DNA of 62,973 nucleotides, filler included, from Choristocarpus tenellus KU-1152 (Eukaryota; Protista; Phaeophyceae), in NCBI GenBank assembly GCA_964200185.2. It is 13 parts of 13 records of this genome, joined end to end, with 100 filler letters (N's around TTAATTAATTAA, not from the genome) between each part and the next. Parts side by side here need not be neighbours in the genome. Positions count along the whole stretch, not along the records: positions 12,683 to 16,575 come from CAXNAD020017313.1; positions 16,676 to 19,600 come from CAXNAD020023618.1; positions 19,701 to 24,394 come from CAXNAD020013441.1; positions 24,495 to 33,551 come from CAXNAD020004037.1; 9 more parts are not named here. The stretch is one strand, 5' to 3'. The position numbers and the translations under genes are program-made. Shown in pieces: positions 13,710 through 26,076 of this stretch. Within the stretch, counting starts at the first letter, position 1; each line of letters begins with the position of its first letter. Below the pieces are notes generated by a model that saw only the letters and a program-made list of their open reading frames with translations, was not told where the DNA came from and did not search any database.

Positions 13710-14580
13710 ATGAAGACCACTGTCACACTTGGTCCCTACAGGTAGAGAGCGCCTACTAGGGTTGGGAAACCTCTGCCTGTATGCCCATTTTTTTTTTCAG
13801 TGTAGCAGTAGGCATGTCATCATTTTTTTACTATTTATCGTCTTCGAGAGTAGAGAATCAACAGAACTGATCAAATCTAAATAACCAACGGATGTCACTT
13901 CGCGAAATTTGAACTTCCGCCTCTTGATTTCACTTTTTTGTTTGTTTGTCAGAAAGTGTTTTTTTTTTTAGGTAGATGTGTGTTACTGTTTTTCGGTTTG
14001 TTGTTTGTTATGGCTATGTGAGAAAAAGCATTGATGGAAAAGGGTAAAAAGTGTGTATGTGGAAAGTTGTCGTGAAAGGCAGTAGGAGATATCGGCCTTG
14101 GCGATGATGGTCATGCTGCACTAGATAGTGGCCTTGATGATGATGGTCGTGCTGTACTAGATAGTGGCCTTGGCGATGATGGTCATGCTGCACTAGATAG
14201 TGGCCTTGATGATGATGGTCATGCTGCACTGCTGTTGAAGTGCTCCATCTTTTAGTTAAGAGAGAATAGAAAATTTCACTGCCCATCAACTAGTAACAAC
14301 AACAAAGTGGTGTGGGAGTGCGCTAGACTGTTGTTGCTGTGCCACATGAAAGGTATCCCCTATCCCATGCAACTCATTTTCTGACCTCACTGACCAGCAC
14401 TTTTTCTTACCTCTCCTTTCTGATTTCTGTTGTCCTTGCTGCCTGCCTGCCTGCCTGCCTGCCTGCTCTTTTTTCTTGTTTTACTGATTGCATTTTCTCA
14501 ATTGTATCAGGGCTCTAATTACCACATACATCACGAAGCAGGATGGTGGGTCGTACATTGGTTCTGCATTCCCTTCCGAG
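13710..14580 (+). CDS. Two possible small exons (13710-13741, 14511-14580) encoding MKTTVTLGPYRALITTYITKQDGGSYIGSAFPSE; product unknown
   Basis: AG acceptors (the second with a clear polypyrimidine tract), a phase-2 join keeps the frame open, and the second donor would be GC (gag|gcgtga). Confidence 0.3.
14088..14230. repeat. 36-bp minisatellite, about 4 copies
   Basis: Unit atagtggccttg(g/a)(c/t)gatgatggtc(a/g)tgctg(c/t)actag. Confidence 0.9.
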
Positions 14581-16675
14581 GCGTGATTTATCCACACGTG
14601 CACTCATTAATTACGCTAGGTCTTCCCTGTTGTTAACTTACGTTACACCTCCCTTTCCTCATGTACTGTAATACCTAGTAGGAATTCTTAGAGTACTTGA
14701 AAAACTTGTGTTGGCAGTATGCATTTAAAAAAGAGAATTATCACTGTTAGATACCTTTTTTCTATTTGCCAGCATTAGGGGTTCTTTGAATTGGCAGCGC
14801 AGGGACGATAGTGGGTTAGGGTTAGGGTTAGGGGCTACAGTGGCAAGTGCTATGCATCCTTTATTGCAGGTGCTGGGTCAAGTCCATGGTTGATAAAAAT
14901 GTGTTGAATTGTGTTGAGAGGTTTTCCAGTTCATTTTTGCGTAGGTGTAAACGTCAGGAGTGGCATCCTAAGAGGCGGTTGCCCACCAAGGCATGAGTGA
15001 AATGAATCCAGACCTGACTTGTGACATGGGCTTGCTGTCGTCGCCCCCTTGCAGCAGCACCTAGGCCTCAGGGTTGCAATACACACAACACTTCTTTTGT
15101 TTCCTTTCTTTCACAGGTGAAGTAGTAGTGTTGGCTTTGTGCCTTCTGAATGAATTGCTCTTGAGGTGCTTGTTCGTCACACACAGTTGTCCACATCTCA
15201 TGTCCAGGTTGTTGTGTGGTTGATGGATAAAGATGTCACTGTGAGGCATGTATTGTTTATTTATCAAAGTCAATTTTCCAGTTTCCTATATCCCACTCTG
15301 AAGTAGAGGTTCTTGTCATCCGTCTCCTGTTACATTAGATCCCATCATGCTGTCTGCTTAGGTGGAATTATTATGAACTTATGTACTTCACATTTGGTAT
15401 TTTGAAAAGAAAGAAATATTGAATATATATATATAGTCTTGCAAAGTGTTCATATTATGTTCATATTGAACAGAGGAAAAAATGGGAGAACTTACGTGTT
15501 GAACATGGTATCAAAGCTTAGAACTTGACTTCGAACAATGATCTTCCTTAAGGCCAGGAGCAAGAACAGGTACGTAAGCATTGACTGCCAGGATGAAAGA
15601 GACTACTCCTTTTTGGAACTTATAAGTTACTTCTTACTTACTCTTTGTGCGCGTTTTTTTAATATTTGTATCGTACGGGTTCCCAAACAGAGTTCATGTT
15701 GATTGCTGGGTGGGTAGGTAAGGTTGATAAATTGTTAAGCTTACGTATGTGGAGGAATCCTGATATGGAGACAGTGTGGAGGATGTAAGTCAAGTGAGAC
15801 AACCTAGGTTCACACAGCCTAGCACAGAGGCAAAAGGCAATTTCCAAGGGGCATAAACTTCAGACCATGGTAGTGGACAGGAGAGATTTCACTTTTATTT
15901 GTATCATTCAGCTCAAGATCAGGGATTATTTGTATCATTCTTGGTCCCATGGCATTTGATCTCAAAAGAAAGTAGTAGTTGTAATAAAAATATTTTTGTA
16001 GTAAAAGCAATAGTAACATTAGTAGGAGAGAAGGAGAAAAGGAGAAAGGAAAGACAACCGTCTTCTTACAGTTGAGAATTTGATCAGAGGAGAGGTTACA
16101 TGTCAACAAGCAAAGCGGCCAATGTCGTACAGCACTATCACGAGGGGAAGGGGGTTTAGCTGAGAAACAGAAAGTGGCTGGGTTTTGTATGTAAACAATG
16201 CAGTTTGACCCACACCCACGTAATCAATCCTACTCATCCGCTTTACGTTGTCTACATCATCCATCCATGATGTATGTATGTACCCCCGTTTGTTTGTATC
16301 GTGTAGTACGGAATTTACCCTAGCCATGCCATATCAGGGTTAAGAGTTTCATTTCTTCCAACTTTTTCTTTTATTTACTTCTAGTAGCAGTAATGGTAAA
16401 AACAGTGGATTTTAAAAATCGAGGATGGAGCGGGGCTGTCAGGATGGTTGTTCTGCGAAAACGGTCTGGAAAAAGTACTGGAAGGTTTTTTTTTGCAACT
16501 GTTTTTGCACTTGGAAGGGCTCGGGATATGTCCTTTTTTTGGAAATGTTTCAGCACTTTTTAAGGGTCCGGATATNNNNNNNNNNNNNNNNNNNNNNNNN
16601 NNNNNNNNNNNNNNNNNNNTTAATTAATTAANNNNNNNNNNNNNNNNNNNNNNNNNNNNNNNNNNNNNNNNNNNN

Positions 16676-18999
16676 TCCCCCTTCCCCTTCCCCTTCCTCT
16701 CCCCGTACCTCCTCCCCTTGTCCTTCCCATGGCGTTTATTCCAACCTTGCCCTCCAACTTCCCTTGAACCTCGCTGCTCCCATTGCTGCTGTTGCTAATG
16801 CCACCACCACCATAGTGACTACTCTCTACTGCAACCCCTGCTCTCTTTAACATCCCCCTACCAGCCTGAAGGATATTCTTCACTCTCAGTTTTTCCTCCC
16901 CAGCTGAAAATCTTGGCTTCTTTTTTGGAGAGGGCTCAAAGCTCCCTTTGAAAGAACTTTCAACATATCTCTCATTGATTCTGGTGGAACCATCAACACT
17001 ACCACTAGCAGTGACTGTAGCACCACCAACCCAGCTCTGTAGCCTATTGTCATCTGTGGCAGAAGGGGTCGCTGTACAACAGGTGCTGTAGCAGGTACTT
17101 CCCATGACTGCACTGTGGTGAACCCCTGTAGCTTGACTGCAGTCTATCCAATGATCATTTTTGGGAGGATCAGCTACAAATTCATGTGCTTCTTCTCTCC
17201 TACCCTCCTTAGTTGTGACAGTATCTGCCCCGACACCAGTAGCAGGACCAGCAGCAGCTCCAGTTCCTGGTGAAGCAAAAACCGTTGGTTCCTCTACTGG
17301 GCCAGTCACCGTGGATAGCCCCGCCTTCGTACCTGCTCCAGTTTCGCAATCCAAACCTTCCACTCCACTCAACACCGCCAAATTGGTCAACAAACCCATC
17401 TCAGGAAGTTTTGCTGGTGTCTTTGAGAGAACAGTCACCCCTTTCACAGATGACACTGGTAACGTCGACAACTCCTCTCCTGCCTTTGCCGTTTCCCCAT
17501 TCAACCTTTCACCTTGAGTCACAGGTACAGAAGTCGCAGGCACAGAAGCCATAGGTACAGTAGCTGTAGGTACAGAAGCTGCAGATACAGAAGCCGTAGG
17601 TACAGCAGCTCTAGGTACAGAAGCTGCAGATACAGAAGCTACAGGTACAGAAGTTATAGGCACAGAGATGGCAGACAGAGAGACTGCAGGCCTAGAAACT
17701 GGACTCAGCACTGCAGCCATTGCTCTGGCAGCCCTTGCAGTTGCTTCCGCTGCTGATGCAGTTGCCGCCTCTTCCCTCTGTCTCATCCTCCTCCTCCGAT
17801 TCTTGATTGAAATCTCTTTATCCAAATAATATCGCCCCGATCCATCCCCTTGCCCAGCTTTGGTTTCCACCTCTTCTTTCTCCTCCTCTGAACCAGCAGG
17901 ACCAGGAGCTTCGGCAGGAACAGCAATCTTTTCTACTTTTGCCTCTAGCTCTGCCTCCAGCTCCACACCCAATTGCTGATCCCTTGATCTCTGCATTTAT
18001 GTCACATATATTCAATGTGTTAGTATAGCAGGTGTAACGATAGCAGTGTGTTATTGAATTCAGTGTGTGGCCTGGTAAAGGATCACACCTAAACAAAGAG
18101 TCCTCATTGGTTGTGGAATAGAAAATGTTGAAACACTAGTGTCCTGAATCGAAATAGGTCATGATTATCAACCAAATCCACTCAAAAAGGCACTAAGGAC
18201 ACCCCTATTTCAGCACAGAGGGCAAGAGGCAAGACCCGCAAAACACCGAGTACAGCAAGCAAAAAGAATGTGACAAATGAGACTGCTCTTAGGTAAGAAT
18301 AATTGAATAATTTAAAGGTTCTGATATCAATCATTCTTTGATTGAATGAATCAACCAGATAAAGTCCGTCACAACTCATGAAAAAATCTATAATAAGGTC
18401 AGACACGCTGTGGTAGGTAGGTCAGACATACATAGCAGTTCAAGAGGGAGGGGGGGGACCGGAAAATACCACAAATAATACATAGTAGTTAGTAGGGTAC
18501 CAAATACAACTCCTCATCATCAGCAGAACAGTTTGACCCCGTAAAAGAAACCAATGACAATATGAGGTACTGAATATATACTGCAATCAGTATGCATATA
18601 ATGGAAGTATACCTTACAACATCATACCAATCCGCTGAAATCCCCAATATGCGGTTGGTGGGAATCTCTGATTTGTCCTCGAAATCACCAGTCCAGTTAT
18701 ACTTTTTGCTACGTTTTGGTACCCTGTGTAGTAGTTTCCCAAGGGGTTCAAACTATTGGACAAAGGCTATACCGAAAAAGGACTGCTGTCCTCCATACCA
18801 TTCAGCAATACAAAAAAATATGTTACCAACTTATCACCGCTTCCTAGCTCTGTACCTTTCCCCTGCCAGGTAGGTGTGTACCAGGGCGCACCAGACGTCC
18901 TGCATCCAGAGGCACCCAAGTATCCATCGACTCATTCCAACCGTCAAACTGGACCTTTACCGCTCGAAGCACTGATGTGTCATCGCCACCAGTACCCTT
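16676..18999 (-). CDS. Chromatin-reader-like protein: Tudor-knot/MBT-like exon (18999-18856) plus a long low-complexity exon (17990-<16676); partial at both ends
   Basis: VKVQFDGWNESMDTWVPLDAGRLVRPGTH is a Tudor-knot/MBT signature. Phase-0 splice to a ~438-codon open exon with SVPTA-type repeats, an NLS-like PSPKKKPRF and an RGRGRG tract. Confidence 0.7.
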
Positions 19000-19700
19000 C
19001 TGCATCAACACAAAAGAAGACATGGAAGTTGAACATGGAGCACCCGATGGGACAGGAGTTCAATGAATAGATGGTGTGAGAGGGGGGCGTGGGTATATAG
19101 GAGATAATGCAAGGGTAATGTGGGGAGGGGGTGAGAACATGAGGTAAGAATATTCCTTCGCCTTGAGTGCACTACAGAGAGCTTTTGGCTGTTTGTCACG
19201 TTGAGAGAGAGAGAGAGAGAGAGAGATAGCTGTTCAACCAGAAATAAAAATAAAGCAAGTGGAACCCATCAAAAACAAATTGTACCTGAATATTTCAACC
19301 AACAAACAGAGTGTGGACTGATTTTCTTTCACCTGTGGTCAGAGTGGTAACAACAAATCTGACTGGGAGGCACCTCCTAACAGGCGCTTGGATTGAGATA
19401 GTGTGTGTGGGTGAAACCTCGTAAGTCACTACCAAATGTATCAATACTACAATTTCAAACTTCAAGATGAACCGAACCAAGGTCAAGAGCCTGGAAATCC
19501 CTTCCCCTTTCCCCCTCCCCTTCCCCTTCCACCAATTTCTAGGATTGCCGTGCAGTCCTCAAGATAATTGCGAAGTTCCCATACAAACTCACTCACCCCC
19601 NNNNNNNNNNNNNNNNNNNNNNNNNNNNNNNNNNNNNNNNNNNNTTAATTAATTAANNNNNNNNNNNNNNNNNNNNNNNNNNNNNNNNNNNNNNNNNNNN

Positions 19701-19939
19701 GGTAGAGCCGCGTCCATTTCGGGGTCAAATTCGAATGTTCTGATTTTGATGTAATTTTGACTATCATGTTTTTGAGGAAGTGTCAATATCCTTGTTCCGG
19801 ACACACCTTTTGATCACGTGTAAATTTTACCTACTCCGAAACATATCGGAGTAGGAAAATTTCATAAAACACCTGTGGAAAGCCAAGTCCCATATGGACA
19901 AACAGGGCAAAAATCGTACCCTCTAAGATACTTTCACTC
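19701..19939. mobile_element. MITE family A, near full length
   Basis: Family A interior and ctaagatactttcactc terminus. Confidence 0.85.
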
Positions 19940-20139
19940 AACGTCAGGGGTCCTCTTTACCCCAACAAAAAATTCTACTTCCATCTAGAAGGAAGAAATC
20001 AGCCAAAATATTATTTTTTACTCTACAATAGTGGCATCTACCTTAAAATAATAAATGGATATACTTTGTACCAATAAACCTGTCGACCCCTTCTATGCCA
20101 ACAAAACAATCGAAGTGACGACCATCACACAAAATGAGA

Positions 20140-23100
20140 TTAAGCAGAGGAAAAAGAGGAAAAACACGTGGAGAAGTCATCCAAACCCTCCTTCTCCTGG
20201 TCCCTCCTGCTCTGCCCTGGCAAAGCCCTAAACCACCGTTTCTTTGTGATGGTGTTTGCTATAGGCTTACTGTTACTCTTTGAGGGTGAGGATCTCCCCC
20301 CCACAGAACTCACATCTACATCATGGGAAGGAATGAGCCCTTGCACATCCTGAGACCCTTCAATCACAGGCTCCCCTTTCGACTTGTCAACAGCAGCACT
20401 GGCCTTTCGACTATCAAACTGCTTCTCGTCAGTGATGGCGAATGTCGAAGCCGGTTTAAAGTCACCATCTTCGAAGAAAATCTCAGCAAGACTGCTGTAA
20501 GAGGGGGGGGGCGACATTGGTTTGTCTTGCCCATTCGGCCATTGACTTTCCATGGATCCCTGTTGCCCCCTTTGTCCTGGATCTTGCTGTGTACGTTGTT
20601 GCACTAAGGGATCACGCTCCTTACCCTGGTAAGGTTCAGAGAGGTCTTTCTGTTGCAGTACATCCCGTGGTAGAGCCTCACTTTCATGGTCGTGCTCATG
20701 GCATCTCACACTGTAGCTCATCAATTGTTGGTCCACCGTGTCAACCCCTGACTGTGCCCTCGACTGATGCTCTAGTGTGGGTGCCAGTGACTGACCCTGT
20801 GAACGACTGTACTGGCCATCACCATTCCTCTCGAAAACAAATGGCCGCTGATCAGAACCAAATTCTGACTCCCTCCGGTTTTCCTTCCTTGACTGAGGAA
20901 TTTGTGGCGGTAAATTTGGCACATTGACCTGTTCTTTGCGGTCAACCTCTTCCTGTGTCCCCCTGCTGCTCATGAACTGTTGACCTGGTATGTCATCCCC
21001 CATCCTAACTCCCAAGTGTCCCCTTTCACCCGGTGTTGGTAACTGCCCTGAACTAACGTAAAGCCCACAATCACGTCGCCCAGTCCTTGGCGCACATTGA
21101 TCAACATCAAAGCCTGAACCCATCTGTTGATTTCTCCCCTCAAACGGGTCTTGCAAGTACTCTTGCTGTTTGCTGTGCTTCTCCTGCCTCCTGCTCGTAG
21201 GATGTTGTACATCCATCGTATTGACCGCCCGCCCTCTTTGTCTTGGTAGTGATCGACTTCGGAAATGGTGCTGCTCAGTACCATTCTCCTGAGAAATCGG
21301 TCGCTGATCTCCACTAAAATCTTGATGGTCCATACCTCGTGGATTCTGCCCATTGAATGGTCTACTGTGCTGGGCATCAGAGAATGGATCCAGGGGGGTA
21401 TACATTCTGGACGAGTGTGGTCTACCACACTCTATCCTTTCTTTTGCCCCTCCCCCCACTGTCTCAGTCTGTCCCCTTGACCACTCTCTTTGCCTTGGTA
21501 TTGATCTGCCTCGGACACGACCATGTCCGCCACCATAGTCCCGAGTCTGTAGTGACTGCTGGTCAACATCGAAGACTGGACGGCTTACGGGCTCCAGAGG
21601 TCCCTCAGAGGGCCCAATCTGATGGGCAGTGATGTTCGGATCAAGAGAGCCATCCCCTCTGGAGGAGTGCGGTTGACCCCAATCGGCCCTCTCCCCTCTC
21701 CACAATCCAGATTGTCTCTCAGTCTGGGTGGGCAAGCCCGTGGAATGATAGGGACGCATATCTCTCTTCCCTGATAAGTTTTCTGTGAACTGAGAATGTG
21801 CCATCTCACTTGAATGCACAGTGTTGTACTGTCCTGGTATTCCCCGATCCAATTGCTGCCCACCATTGTAGATATCATACTTATAAAAATCGGAAGACCT
21901 TCGCCTACTCACATCGATGGACTGTGAGATCAATGAGTCCTCCATATGTGGTTGCACCGGTGGATCATGGCCGCCCATCCTGCCAAAGGATACACCCTGA
22001 AGACTGGTACGATTTTGAAGTTCCTTCACACAAGGTATTGACGCTCCCCCCACCTTCACATTTCCCACAGGTCGCTGGTGAGGATGACCACCAGGCTGCC
22101 TTTGCTGGTCTTTGTGATATTGTTTGTTGACTCCCTGTGTGTCCGCAGCTGGAGGTAGGTCAACACGCTCATTCCTACCGCCGTTACTGAAGTGTGATGG
22201 GTGACTGTTATACGCCAGCCCTTGTTGACCCCTTCGAGTCTGCCCCCTCCCCTGGTTCCTTGTCCACGTCCTCATCATACTGGGGACTCGAGGTGATTTC
22301 CGCATCCTCAGTCCCCTAGCTTCACAGAAGAATTCCACAAGGAGGCGTGCTTCCTGACATGGTCAGTAAAAGGTCCATACACCAGAGCAAATGAAAACAC
22401 TTCTTTGTCGCGTGAAGCGTTTCAGATGAGTACAACAAACAGAGGAGTTATCCCTTCGCCAGTCTCAGGGTTTGTCTGTAAACAATCAGCAACATGACCC
22501 ACTGCAGATACTGTGCAGAAGAATTGCATGTATTGATCACCAAAAAATTCACGTCTGTCAAGGCTTGGGAAAAGAAACTATTTGATGCCTAAAAAGCTAT
22601 ACTACAGCAGAGTCAAGAATGGAATGTTTTAAAATATATTACAACCGCCTGGAAGCACTGAGAAACTAAAAGGGGCATTTTAAACAAGAAAAAGTATCAC
22701 AACCTCCACCAGACAAAGCATGTTGCAGAATGCAACCTGGAGTTGAGCTCACACCTGTTTAGAGGCACAGACTAAATCCAGGGAAACGTCTTCAAACACC
22801 AGGCTCAAAGAGCGTATTCGCACATCGGGAAAGTCCTGACATACGATTGGTGGCACGCAGGCAGTAGGCATATAATTGGTGGATTACTGGGGTATCACTT
22901 CTTTGTGGCATCTGAATAAAAAATAGATACAAATATTCCTGCAATACACCTTCAAATTTTTTTTTGCAGCTATGTCTGTTTATCACTAGGCCCATAATCC
23001 TCCAACACAAAAAAACAAGCTTGAAGATGGAGAGATAGATGAGGGTTCAGTACCACCACTCTAGGCACAAATGAGGATGTACGATCACCATGCACAATGT

Positions 23101-23803
23101 GTGGACTGTCTTCCTCTTAAACAAAAAAACACAGTCACTTCTTAGGACATGAAGAGCTTCTTGCTCCAAGTACTGCAAATTCAATTACTGAGAGCTATTT
23201 CCTCGTCTACAACAATATTAAAGCGCTTCCTTTCTCAAAGAGGGAACAGCTCTCAGGAAAAGGATATACACACATAAATATGTGTAGATTTGTTCCAAAT
23301 TATTAAACACCACTTCCACTTTTGTGATATTCTTGTATGCAATGTTTCACTGGGGTAACTTACCATTGGTCAAGAAACTTGATGGTCAAGGCAAATGAAC
23401 CAGTATGGTACTGCACTCAATTCTAAGCAGGGTTGTATGCACATCTATAAGGGACATAACTGGTACACTACACAGCTCCACCCCGGTGATAGGGAGTACT
23501 TGCAAGACAGAGTCAATGCACTGTGGAGGTTCCACACAATGTTGGTCTCACTCTCCTGCAGTGTAGAGTCTATCCAGAGGGCAATTCTTCTACCAGAGGC
23601 TTTCCTTGTACAGTATCCTACATTGGGTTTAGTTTCCCACAAATACTGAGCTACTCACAAGTAATGCATGCAAGCAGGTGCAAAGAATTGGACGGTTTCA
23701 ATTCAGGACCATAAAGCAAGAGCAAAATGAGCACAATAGACCGTACCTTCGTGGCCAAGAGGAGCTCCTTGGTGTAGCCAATACTTGAGTATTCACCCCC
23801 AAC
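20140..23803 (-). CDS. PH-domain protein with a ~730-aa disordered C-terminal exon (exons 23803-23747, 22835-22755, 22353-20140); 5' partial
   Basis: Phase-0 joins give VGGEYSSIGYTKELLLATK|DFPDVRIRSLSLVFEDVSLDLVCASKQ|EARLLVEFF, typical of the C-terminal half of a PLC-type PH domain. The 2.2-kb open terminal exon is rich in Q, R, G and S. Confidence 0.7.
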
Positions 23804-23934
23804 CTGCAATGTGCAACAGCAATTTGTACAAGCAAGGTCCGCACAACACAATGGACATGATAACACACATAGAGAATCGGTTGGCATTCACTACAGGGCT
23901 CTACCATCAGCTCGAAACTCACCGGCAGGAAGAG

Positions 23935-24180
23935 CAGCAACAGACAACTTATCAACAGACGACTTATCAACAGACAACTAATCAACAAACAACTTATCAA
24001 CCAACAACTTATCAACAGACAACTTATCAACAGACAACTTATCAACAAACAGCTTATCAACAGAAGACTTATCAACAGACAACTAATCAACAAACAACTT
24101 ACTAACCAACAACTTATCAACAGACAACTGATCAACAAACAACTTATCAACCAACAAAACTTATCAACAGACGACTTACA
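23935..24180. repeat. 15-bp minisatellite (caacagacaacttat), about 16 copies
   Basis: Direct reading. Confidence 0.92.
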
Positions 24181-24358
24181 AAATTCCCAAAACCAGTATC
24201 ATTTGAGGCCTTCGGTAGTCATTCTCATGACCGCTCAGCGTAAGTTGCCCATCATAGATGTGCAAATTTTGTGAGCAATCCCACACAAAGTGATTGTCAC
24301 ACTGAGCAAAATAACATATTCCACACTACAGACAATGTAACACTCAATGCTAGCACCA

Positions 24359-24394
24359 GGCTCAAACTATCTGGGGGGGGGGGGGGGGGGGGGG
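24359..24394. mobile_element. MITE family B terminus at contig end
   Basis: ggctcaaactatctggggg. Confidence 0.65.
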
Positions 24395-24799
24395 NNNNNN
24401 NNNNNNNNNNNNNNNNNNNNNNNNNNNNNNNNNNNNNNTTAATTAATTAANNNNNNNNNNNNNNNNNNNNNNNNNNNNNNNNNNNNNNNNNNNNCGTAGT
24501 CCCGCTCCATCCCCAATTTTGAAAATCCTCTGTTATCAGTAGGTAGCTGAATGAAGTCGTTGTCACGCTCTAAATCACATGATGGCGACCTGCGCGATCT
24601 CCTTTTGAAATCTACGTATCTGCCACCCGGAAACGACAGGTTGTGCTCATCCAAAATATTTGTTTTGCATCTTTTTTTTAGTTAGGGTTGGGATAGGAGT
24701 TGGGAATTGCATAAGCATGCATTATGAGGTTGGGCTCGGGTGAGAGCCAAATCCAACACACAACTCCTTGGTGGGGGGGGTGTATGTTGCTACTGACTC

Positions 24800-25340
24800 T
24801 AACCGTTACCTGCTTCTCCACCTACCTCTCGATATCACATGATGAGATGGATGGAAACAAGGGTTACTTGTGGAAGTTTGTGGAATAAGCTGGAAGTTTT
24901 GAGGACATCTAATCAAACCAACTGAGAGGTAGGCAGGGTTGCATTTTAAGGATTCCGAGAAAGGGTAAATGATTTTATTTTGTACAAATGCAGAGTCTTG
25001 GCTGAATTTTGGTGTCGCTTTGTGTGTGGGAAGAAAGGTGAATACCAATTCTGCTTAAACTATTGTGCGCATAGAATGCAACGAAATAGTGTATTGCGCA
25101 GGATAAGAAAGATGGCTTAGAATGCAAAGCATCCAAACCTGCCTTCCTCGCAATTGGTTTGGTTCATTGACTAAGAAGGAGGAAAGTGTTAGAAGGGGAG
25201 TGTAAACCTTGATCATCATATAATCCACAATTTTACTAAACAATAATTGCAAAAAAAGGCATGTGATCGTTTAATGTATAGTGGTGTTCGAGGATTTCAG
25301 CACTACTGATCTGGATGTTCCGGAGGGAGGATATTGACAT
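24800..25340 (+). mobile_element. Second, internally deleted copy of the putative Helitron relic
   Basis: Colinear matches to the first relic: ctgagaggtaggcagggttgcatttta (~24922 vs ~10018), ccaaacctgccttcctcgcaattgg (~25132 vs ~10262), ctgatctggatgt (~25306 vs ~11507). Confidence 0.5.
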
Positions 25341-26076
25341 CATCCAAGTAGGGAAACCCCATTATTAGACAAATACTACCACTATTACTACGACCTGTAC
25401 TGGACGAAATACTATGACGACCTTCAATGCATTTGGAGGCTCTCTTTTGTGTTCTTCCCTGTACAACAGTAACAAACGCAGTGTTGTATTATTATTATTG
25501 GAGTACAACTACAACAACAGTCCCTTTTCCTCATAATAATGTACGAGTACACAATTTGATGTAAAAATAGTCAAAAGCATACTATCATCCTGCCTTGGTT
25601 CTCGTGCATTGTTGGGTTCAGCACTCCCACCTCCTACCCCTCTTTGACCCTTTTCCTCCCTCTTCTTATCTTTCGCTGGACCCGTCCCAAAGACAATAAT
25701 AAGTTGATCTTGGTCCAATATTTTTTCTGTGGTATAGTACAGACAGGATGGTCGTATAACAATATATTGAACATTTCACATGGAATGACCCTTGGAAAAG
25801 AACGTTAACGTTGAAGAGGACTGGCTGAGTTGTAGACCTACACTTTTGCTTCAACTCCTGAGTGAGGTAGTGATGACAACACTCGACATCATTTAAGTAT
25901 AAAACATCATCACCATGTTGAGTTACTGCAAAAAATATAAATTAGAGGGTGTGATTTCTTCGTTCGGTAGTACTCTGTAGCAGCAGAGATAGATATGTAG
26001 GTGCAGTTTTCAATTGGGATATGGCAAGTATTACCTTGTTGTGACGAACAGAGAACTTTCATGTGTAGAAAACCCA

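Noticed and set aside
14014-14289. His-rich repeat ORF (QHDHHHQGHYLV)n as a metal-binding peptide
   Set aside because: Explained by a 36-bp minisatellite; non-ATG start and no supporting gene structure.
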